A stretch of 64,000 nt of DNA. Origin: Octopus vulgaris (Eukaryota). The position numbers and the translations under genes were made by a program. Shown here in pieces: positions 54,659-64,000 of the stretch. The stretch's first letter is position 1, and each line of letters opens with the position of its first letter. Under the pieces are notes generated by a model, which saw only the letters and a list, made by a program, of their open reading frames with translations, made no database searches and was not told the DNA's origin. The stretch is from assembly GCA_951406725.2 (NCBI GenBank), contig OX597829.1, positions 41,912,001 through 41,976,000 on the forward strand. Direction: 5' to 3'.

Positions 54659-54742
<84 letters not shown>

Positions 54743-54869
54743 CAAAACTTTCTTTCGAAATATATGGGCTGCAGCTAAGAAGTTGTCGGAATATCCGAGA
54801 CAGACGATAACTAAAGAGGTAAGTCAATAAACAAATTACCAGAAGCAAAATTTTAAACATATGTATATT

Positions 54870-55463
54870 TTTTTATTTCTTTACTGCCCACAAGGGGCTA
54901 AACACAGAGAGTACAAACAAGAAGAGACAAACAGATTAAATCGATCATATCGACCCCAGTGCATAACTGGTACTTATTTAATCTACCCCCGAAAGGATAA
55001 AAAGGCAAAGTCGACCTCGGCGGAATTTGAACTCAGAACGTAAAGATAGAGGAAATACCTATTTCTTTACTACCCACAAGGGGCTAAACACAGAGAGGAC
55101 AAACAAGGACATACAAACGGATTAAGTCGATTATATCGACCCCAGTGCGTAACTGGTACTTATTTAATCGACCCCGAAAGGATGAAAGGCAAAGTCGACC
55201 TCGGCGGTATTTGAACTCAGAACGTAGCGGCAGACGAAATACTACCCATAAGGGGCTAAACACAGAGAGGACAAACAAGGGCAGACAAACAGATGAAGTT
55301 GATTATATCGACACCAGTGCGTAACAGGTACTTATTTAATCGACCCCGAAAGGATGAAAGGCAAAGTCGACCTCGGCGGTATTTGAACTCAGAACGTAAC
55401 GGCAGACGAAATACGGCTACGCATTGCGCCCGGCGTGCTAACGTTTCTGCCAGCTCGCCGCCT
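54870..55463 (-). mobile_element. Family B SINE trimer (all units with Tx1-type tail)
   Basis: Three ~185-bp units, one complete head. Confidence 0.9.
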
Positions 55464-55631
55464 TGCATGTGTATTTTTAAAAATATGTTTAAAATTTTGC
55501 GTCTAGGAATTTGTTGATTGATCTAGACTTTGTTTCTGAATTTACCTATTTAAATACTTGTGTGTGTATGTATGTATTTATATGTGTGTGTGTATATATA
55601 TGTGTGTGTGTGTGTATGTATGTATGTACTA

Positions 55632-55985
55632 TTTTACTCTTTTACTTGTTTCAGTCATTTGACCGTGGCCATGCTGGAGCACGGCCTTCAGTCGAGCAAG
55701 TCGACCCCAGGACTTATTCTTCGTAAGCCTAGTACGTATTCTATCGGTCTCTTTTGCCGAACCGCTAAGTTACGGGGACATACACACACCAGCATCGGTT
55801 GTCAAGCGATGTTGGGGAGACAAACACAGACACACAGACATATACACACACATGCATATATATATATACATATATACGACGGGCTTCTTTCAGTTTCCGT
55901 CTACCAAATCCTCTCACAAGGCTTTGGTCGGCCCCAGGCTATAGCAGAAGACATATATATATATATACGATGGGCTTCTTTCAGT
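55632..55985 (-). mobile_element. Family A SINE lacking its head, with short internal duplication
   Basis: Match to family consensus. Confidence 0.85.
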
Positions 55986-56129
55986 AGCTAACGGATAGTA
56001 TGCCTTGCCAAAGGGTAACCAATGATTTTGCCCACGACCCCTTATTGAATATTCGCCTGCTAACCTGTTTATCTACCGGCCATTCTCCTATCCGCAAACT
56101 GGGAACTCGATGGATGAGAGTTGTCATCA

Positions 56130-56280
56130 TTACACATGTCGTGCGAACACAACATATATAGATCAACTCAACCAGAGACACTGTATGCCTCCTCGATTAC
56201 CTCCTTCAACAAATGCAGGGCTGAGACGGACGGCATTTGCGGGTTAAAAAGGTCCGAGCAAGCTCGACCAGATGAAGATA
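56130..56280 (+). mobile_element. Possible RTE/RTEX-like 3' end
   Basis: TTYIDQL..DT...MQG..RAS-like remnant. Confidence 0.35.
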
Positions 56281-56335
56281 GAAAGAAATATATAAATATC
56301 TATGTGTGAGTTTGTGTTTGTTTTTGGACCCTACC

Positions 56336-56571
56336 TATTCTATTTCTTTACTACCCGCAAGGCGCTAAACACAGAGGGGACAAACAAGGACAGACATAGG
56401 TATTAAGTCAATTACATCGACCCCAGTGCGTAACTGGTACTTAATTTATCGACCCCGAAAGGATGAAAGGCAAAGTCGACCTCGGCGGAATTTGAACTCA
56501 GAACGTAACAGCAGACGAAATACGGCTATGCATTTCGCCTGGCGTGCTAACGTTTCTGCCAGCTCGCCGCC
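56336..56571 (-). mobile_element. Family B SINE monomer nested in an old family A relic (56290-56770)
   Basis: 14-bp TSD ttttggaccctacc. Confidence 0.9.
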
Positions 56572-56776
56572 TTTTGGACCCTACCACCGCTTGACAACTG
56601 GTGTAAGTTTGTTTACGTCCACGTAAGTTATCGCTTCGGCAAAAATGGCCGATAAAATAGTTATCAGGCTTAAAAAAATAATAACTACTGTGGTTAATTC
56701 ATTCGATTAAAATTCAAAGTGGTGCTCCAGCATGGACTCAATCTAAGGACCGAAACAAATAAAATATTAACAACTA

Positions 56777-56943
56777 TAGGTGTAGGAGTGGCTGTGTGAT
56801 AAGTAGCTTGCTTACGAACCACATGGTTCCGGGTTCAGTCCCTCTGCGTGACATCTTGGGCAAGTGTCTTCTACTATAGCTTTGGACCGACCAAAGTGTT
56901 GTGAGTGGATTTGGTAGACGAAAACTGAAAGAAGCCCGTCGTA

Positions 56944-57008
<65 letters not shown>

Positions 57009-57197
57009 GTGTGTGTGTGTGTGTGTGTATATGTTTCTGTTTCTGTGTTTGTCTCCCCAACATCGCTTGACAACCGATGCTGGTGTGTTTACGTCCCCGT
57101 AACTTAGCAGTTCGACAAAAGAGACCGATAGCATAAGTACTCGGCTTAAGGCGGTGCGCCAGCATGGCCACAGCCACATGACCGAAACAAGTTAAAG
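56777..57197 (+). mobile_element. Family A SINE
   Basis: 13-bp TSD atattaacaacta (56764-56776 / 57198-57210). Confidence 0.9.
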
Positions 57198-58369
57198 ATA
57201 TTAACAACTAAGCCATTTATACCCGCCAGATGATCTACCCAAGAGACAAATAAAATATGTCGATACACCGTCGACATGTGTGACTAGTTTTTAGAAAGTA
57301 TTTATTACAGGATTACATGATGCGGCTGGTTTCTTTCCTCTGTCTTTCAGAAGAACATCACCGCCACGAATGTGAGGAAGCAAAACTTAGATAACACTGT
57401 CAGAAGTTATGCGAACGAAGAGTGAGAGTCTCTGCAAACCGATTTGTAGGCAAAAGAAAAAAAAAATAAGAAAGAAAACAGTAAGGAAAAGAAAAACAAG
57501 GAAAAATACACTTTGCACAAATGAAATTGCTGCCGATTCATCATACAGACTTTCCGTGGTTTATAGTTACGGTGTTAAGTTTCCAACACGTTAAAGAAAA
57601 ACAAAAAATCAAAAAAAAGGAAAGACGCCATATTTTTCTACGCCATACATAACTTACGCTTATGTTCATCGTCCGCGTTGTCACTTTTAGTTTCAGAAGA
57701 ATCATTGCTTTGCAAAGGAAGAAAAATATCAATAAATAAATTAAGAGATAGAATAAAAGAAACAACAACAACAACAACAACAACAACAAACTGAGAGTGA
57801 GTTAATAAAAGAACGAAAAAGTTAATGAAAGTAAGGAAACTTAACCGGCCCAGAAAAAAAAAGAGAGAGAGAGAAAAAAAAAAAGAAAGAAAAATAAGTA
57901 AAACAAAATCATTTTTGTTTTCTTCTTCGCTCCTTCTTTCACTTCCACGATGAATTCCTGGTAAATTCTTCAACCAAAATTGTGAATTAGCTGTTTTTTT
58001 TCTCTGGTGAATGGACACTATGGCAGTTAGGTTTCACTGCTAAGGAGTCAGTTCTTAGACGCATTCCACTTTTTCAGTTTTGCTTTTCTCTCCGTTCGCT
58101 GATTTTATGAATTAAAGAAATAAATACGGAAGGGAAGAACAGAATCTATTTAGCAATTTCTTGGATATATATATTTTTTTTCGTTTTTGGTCATTTATTT
58201 TTATTATCTTTTATTGTATACCTATCGTGTTCCTTTTATGGACTTTTAACGTCTTTTTTCTTTCTTTTCTTATCCGTTTCTGTTTGTAATCTTTCCAAAG
58301 TCATTACTGTAAGGGTTCTGAGTAACTTACGAAGAGAAATTTGGCGAATCGCCCATCTGTCTGTCTGTT

Positions 58370-58530
58370 AGTTATCTCTCTCTTTCTCTGTCATCTCTCT
58401 CTCTCTGTCATCTCTCCCTCTCTCCGTGTCATCTCTCTCTCTGTCATCGCTCTCTCTGTCATCTCTCCCTCTTTCTGTGTCATCTCGTTCTGTATCATCT
58501 CTCTCCCTCTCTCTGTCATCTCTCTCTCTC

Positions 58531-58575
<45 letters not shown>

Positions 58576-59047
58576 CTATCTCTCTGTCTCTGCGATCTCT
58601 TTTTCTCTGTCATCTCTCTCTGTGTCACCTCACTCTGTGCCATCTCTTTCTGTCTCTGTTTCTGTCATCTCTTTCTCTCTGTCATCTCTCTGTGTCATCT
58701 CTCTCTCTATGTAATCTCTCTTTGTCATGTCTCTCTCCCCTCTCTCTCTCTCTTTCTGGCCTTTTCTCTCCTTCTCTGTCATATCTCTCTCTGTCTGTCA
58801 TTAATCTCTCTCTCTCTTTGTCATCTCTCCTTCTCCCTCACCCCCTCTCTCCATCTGTCAGTCTGTCGGTCATCCCTCTATCTATTTGTCTATCTTCTGT
58901 CAGTCTGACTCTCTGTCTGTCTGTCTCTATCTCACTCTCGCTCTCTCTCTCCATCTCTCTCTCACTCTCTCTCTTCTTCTCTCTCACTCTCTCTCTTTCT
59001 CTCTCTCTCTCTCTATCTATCTATCTATATATCTATCTATCTTCGTT

Positions 59048-59095
<48 letters not shown>

Positions 59096-59495
59096 ATGCT
59101 TTTAATCTCATTAGTACTATCTTTAATACAGATACTATTACCACCGACAATCCTTTTCTCCTATCTGTTCTTCCTTTTTTCCTCCTCATTCTCTTCTTCC
59201 TTTCATTATCAGATATCTCTTGTAAATTTTCTTCTTCTTCTTCTTCTTCTTCTTCTTCTTCTTCTTCTTCACCACCACCGCCACCACCACCGCCACCACC
59301 ACCGCCACCACCACCACCGCCACCACCCGCCACCACCACTGCCACCACCACCGCCACCACCACCACCACCACCACCACCACCACCACCACCACCACCACC
59401 ACCACCACCACCACCACCACCACCACCACCACCACCAGTACCACCAGCACCACCACCAGCACCACCAGCACCACCAGCACCACCAGCACCACCAG

Positions 59496-59574
<79 letters not shown>
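58370..59574. repeat. CT-rich minisatellite (ctgtcatctctct) followed by (CTTT), (CTT), (CCA) and (CTA) tracts
   Basis: Directly visible. Confidence 0.9.
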
Positions 59575-59575
<1 letters not shown>

Positions 59576-59867
59576 TGCTTTGCCAATGTTTTATCATTGT
59601 ACTCGTCACACCCGCCTTGGGAAAACACTGAAATAGTTTGCGTAATTAGGGAATTTATTAATTGCTTACAAGAGTCGAGTTCGGTTCTATCTCTGAGCCG
59701 GAGGAGGAAAGATATGATAGTGACCAGGACTGTTTGTATTTTCTCGCATTAAGTTTATCCGAAACAACAACAACAACAACAACAATTTCAAAATTGGTAC
59801 AAGGCCAATAATTTTGAGCAGAAATCTTTAGTTGATATCACCGACCCTGGCACTTGATGATGATGAC

Positions 59868-59927
<60 letters not shown>

Positions 59928-59944
59928 GATGATGATAATAATAA

Positions 59945-59977
<33 letters not shown>

Positions 59978-60008
59978 CATCAGCAGCAGCAGTAGTAGTA
60001 GTAGCAGC

Positions 60009-60059
<51 letters not shown>

Positions 60060-60089
60060 GGTGCTGGTGGTAGCAGCAGTAGCAGCAGC

Positions 60090-60630
60090 AGGATGCTGGC
60101 ACAGAAAGGGTACAAACTGACAGAAAGATAGATGCGAATAGGCCAGACATTATATTGAAAGACTTCAGACAAAAATCATGCCTCCTCATTAATATGACTG
60201 TCTCAATCGACATAAACGTATCTTTCAAGACCTACCAAAAACTGAGCAAGTATAAAAATCTTGAAATAGAAATTGGCAAAATGTGGAACCTGAAGACTGA
60301 AACAATACCTGTTGTCATAGGTGCCCTGGGAATCATAGCAAAGGGGGATGATTACTATCTAACTCAGATACCAGGAAACCCCAAAATGGCAGAAATTCAA
60401 AAGATAGTGCTCATGGGAAATGCTCATAGCCTACGCAAAATACTTTCTATGTAATCTCAAAATTTAAAACAAACTTATTATTTTCTTATGTTTTCTTAAA
60501 CAATACTATATGCAAAACCAAATATACGATACCCTAGGCATAACACCCGCTTGAACTTCTAACTTGTCTTTTGAGGTCTCTGGGTGAGACTTCGAGCCAA
60601 CTTGTACAAATACAAAGTAAAAGTCAAGCA
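60090..60630 (+). mobile_element. R4/Dong-like 3' fragment (further family)
   Basis: QTDRKIDANRPDIILKD...CLLINM...KLSKYKNLEIEIGKMWNLKTETIPVVIGALG...IQKIVLMGNAHSLRKILSM*. Confidence 0.9.
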
Positions 60631-60666
60631 TATAATAATATCAACATCAACAACAACAATAATGAT

Positions 60667-61141
60667 ATGCCCTGATGCAATATCAGGCAGTGGCTCTCAT
60701 GGCTTTTGATCTTATCTGATTGGAAGTGCTATCATGTACATTGTTTTGTCTTGGTATAAAAGATGGGCTACAGCAAATATTCTGCTTAATATCACAGATT
60801 TACAGTTGAGCATGTCCCTTAGTGGCTGACGATATGTGCATCTCTGATCACGAGTAGAAGTAGTGTGCGAGCATTAAGGGGAATTTTTTTTTTTGGGGGG
60901 GGAGGGTTTAATAATTCACCTCTGGAAACGTGGGGTGTTTCGTTCGACATCTTTAAACGACCCTCATTCAATGACCTTTTGAGCGGGTCATGAGCTGTTT
61001 ATCTTGATATGAGATCAACATGTTGCGCACATATGGTTTGATGCATGTGCCTTATCTGACGGGTAGTCATGATGAGTATTTTGGGCCTCGTATATTTGTA
61101 CCCCAGTGTCACTTTGATGGTACGTATTGCTCTCTTACCCA
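60667..61141 (+). mobile_element. Second copy of the non-coding TAA-embedded element
   Basis: Colinear with 26895-27477, with internal deletions. Confidence 0.7.
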
Positions 61142-61157
61142 ATTATAATAATAATAA

Positions 61158-61990
61158 TCCTTTCTACTATAGGCACAAGGCCCGGAACAACAACAACAAC
61201 AACAACAACAATCTCTGTTACTGTGGGGAGAAGGCCTAACATTTTGGGTAAGCGGAGTTAGTCGACTACATCGACTCCAGAGAGTAACTGTTTAACTGGT
61301 GCTTATTTTATCGACTTCGAAAAGATGAAAGATAAATTCAACCTCGGTGGAATTTGAACTTAGAACGTAAAGATGGAAGAAATTCCGCTCAGCATTTTGC
61401 TCGGCGTGCAGAGTATTCGTTTCTACTCTAGGCACAAGAACCGAAATTTTGGCGGAGGAGGCCAGTCGATTAGATCGACCCCAGTACGCAACTGATACTT
61501 AATTTATCGAGACCGAAAGGAAAAGTCGACCTCGCGGAATTCGAACTCAGAACGTAAAGACAGACGAAATATCTATTTCTTTACTACCCACAAGGGGCTA
61601 AACACAGAGAGGACAAACAAGGACAGACAAACGGATTAAGTCGATTATATCGACCCCAGTGCGTAACTGGTACTTATTTAATCGACTCCGAAAGGATGAA
61701 AGGCAAAGTCGACCTCGGCGGAATTTGAACTCAGAACGTAGCGACAGACGAAATACCTATTTCTTTACTACCCACAAGGGGCTAAACACAGAGGGGACAA
61801 ACAAGGACAGACATAGGTATTAAGTCGATTATATCGACCCCAGTGCGTAACTGGTACTTAATTTATCGACCCCGAAAGGATGAAAGGCAAAGTCGACCTC
61901 GGCGGAATTTGAACTCAGAACGTAACGACAGACGAAATACCGCTGAGCATTTCACCCGGCGTGCTAACAATTCATCCAGCTCGCCAACTT
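61158..61990 (-). mobile_element. Family B SINE trimer (61420-61990) plus older adjacent pieces
   Basis: Units joined at gaaata|g(g/a)tatttcgtc. Confidence 0.9.
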
Positions 61991-62654
61991 AACAAGAACG
62001 ACAACAACAACAGCAGCAGTAGCAGCGGCGGCGGTAGAAGTAGTAAAGATTTTTTTTTTATTTGTCACTAGAATAACGTATGAAGGGGATAGAGATAGAC
62101 GACTAGCCTCCTTCCCACATATCTCAGGCCTAGTGCTTATGGAAGAAAAGATAATTTATATTGTTTTTGTGAGAGCTACTTTTCCTTGGTGTTGATCTTA
62201 AGGATGTTAATATTAAATATGATTATTAATACTATGTAACATCTGTAATGTATACATTTCCTTATTTTTTCTTGGGCCCAATGTTGATCTAAAGGAGTTG
62301 ATATCAAATGTGGTCATTAATGTTATGTAAGATCGAATGCAGCGTAAGGAGTTAAAATTACAATAAATAAATTTAGTATTTAAAATTTTAATTATAAATT
62401 TAAAGGTGGACAGAGTTATACAATGAAGTATACCTAGTAGGGGGTTACAGGAAAAATACTTTGAGCCCAATGTTGACTTAAAGGACGTTAATATTAAATA
62501 TGGTCATAATATTATGTAACAAACAGTAATGTATTTTTTTCTTATTTTACTTGAGCCCTCGGATTCATAAGGTCGGTTTTCTGGTTTCCATGGCAAGTGA
62601 CCAAGATATCACAACAGTTTCTCTAAACGTGACTGTGGTCCGTTGCAGCGCTCA

Positions 62655-62856
62655 AAGCCAGTAATTTTTAGTCGGAGGGGACAAGTCGATTAACACTCGA
62701 ATCCAGTACTTGATAGGTACTTTATTCCTTGTACTCTGAAGGGATGAAAAACAAAACCAACCTAGGCGGGTTTTGAATTCAGAACGTACGTAACCAACAG
62801 AAAAGATGCGATGCATTTTGTCCCAGGTGATAACGACACCGTCAGCTCACCGCCTA
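62655..62856 (-). mobile_element. Degenerate family B SINE
   Basis: Diverged match. Confidence 0.55.
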
Positions 62857-62962
62857 GTACTGTATATGAAGCGTCTTTTTTCTTGTATGCGAGATGGGGA
62901 TGCTGTGGTGAAACCAAATATTCAGAAAAAGCTTCAGAAATAGTGCTTTAATCATTAGTGCC

Positions 62963-63367
62963 CTCGACCGAGAAGCAACAGGCGTGTTCATCTCCGGTCT
63001 AGAGCTAATCGACTTTTTCGTTTTCCACATGAAACGGAAAATAAGGCTGGAGAAGAAATGCCTGTCGCAAAGTGTGTTTCATAAAAGATGGAAGTCTATA
63101 GCAAGTATGTTGCGAGTGAAAGAACTTGTTTAAATGAGAATATAAAAAGGAGAAAGCAAATTCTTCAGTGTGAGTCTGTGGTTTGTGGGGTCAACCGCGT
63201 CCTCCGCTTCATTTTTTGTTATTCATTCATTCTCATTTAATTGTATATATTTTAATTGTTTGTTTATTCATATGTTTCGTCTCATTCGATACCCTGACCC
63301 CAATGTTTGTTCTGTCTGTCCTCGTATCACCCCTCTTTTTCTCAACCTCATGGTTAATAAAGAAATT
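62963..63367 (+). mobile_element. Tx1/L1-clade LINE 3' fragment (third family)
   Basis: VFISGLELIDFFVFHMKRKIRLEKKCLSQSVFHKRWKSIASMLRVK*; 3' UTR ends aataaagaaat. Confidence 0.75.
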
Positions 63368-64000
63368 GACCAAGAAGCAACGATAGGGTTTGGGGAGATA
63401 AAATAATAATAAAAAAACTGTAAATAACGACATACATAAAACATGTGGTCATTCGGCCTGCAAGAAAGAGCATCAGATCTCCTATAAATCAACCCTTAAA
63501 CGAATAAAGAAGAGCACATTCAGTAATCTTAAATACACTTTACCTAAAAAAAAAAGACAGTGTTACTGTTGGAATACCTTTCGTCATAATTCTGCTCATG
63601 ACTTTTGTTGTTTGCGCCAGGTGTGCAATCTGAGGGCTAAACAAGAAAAACTAGCACACGCTTACAAGCTGACACTACTATCTCCTCTCCCACCGAAAGG
63701 GAACTATTTGCTTGATAGACAACGCTTCACACACCAATGCGTTATTTTAAAACCATTGACCAACACTCAACGAGCTTTATCTCAGCTCCAATTCTTCTTT
63801 TGAAATATGCAACCGTCATTACTTCTTCGAACTTGCTTCTTATTTTCTGGCATATTCATTCTACAATGACTTGCTCCACTAAACACATCGCCCCATTCTT
63901 TCTACCGAAAATTACGTCTCTTAAAAAAACTACATGTTTGTTTCTACAAATTAAAAACAAAATTAAATCTCAACTTCAACTATAATAACCATAAACAGAT

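Noticed and set aside
57351-57421. Possible short host exon (pyrimidine tract-AG, open frame KNITATNVRK…, GTGAG)
   Set aside because: No recognisable protein and no partner exons; chance splice signals are common

Overview
This is AT-rich, extremely microsatellite-dense animal DNA. Its repeat families look cephalopod (Octopus-like); that assignment is inference. I recognise no host protein-coding gene, and almost all ORFs in the track are translated microsatellites or SINEs. The window is a layered set of mobile-element relics: (1) about 18 copies or fragments of a tRNA-headed composite SINE with an internal microsatellite; (2) a second tRNA-headed SINE with a Meta-like domain that occurs as monomers to trimers, one of whose two tails matches the 3' UTR of a Tx1/L1-clade LINE in the window; (3) about 13 R4/Dong-like pieces from several families, all in (TAA)n-type tracts and all on +, including a non-coding ~580-bp element present twice; (4) about 12 type I hammerhead-ribozyme-like motifs in Penelope-like or retrozyme-like contexts, many with long stem-II inserts, including a ~355-bp tandem unit and a circularly permuted ~356-bp unit; (5) Tx1, RTE, mariner, piggyBac-like and MITE relics, plus a GC-rich hAT transposase relic. 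All motifs and boundaries were read by eye, so coordinates are approximate.
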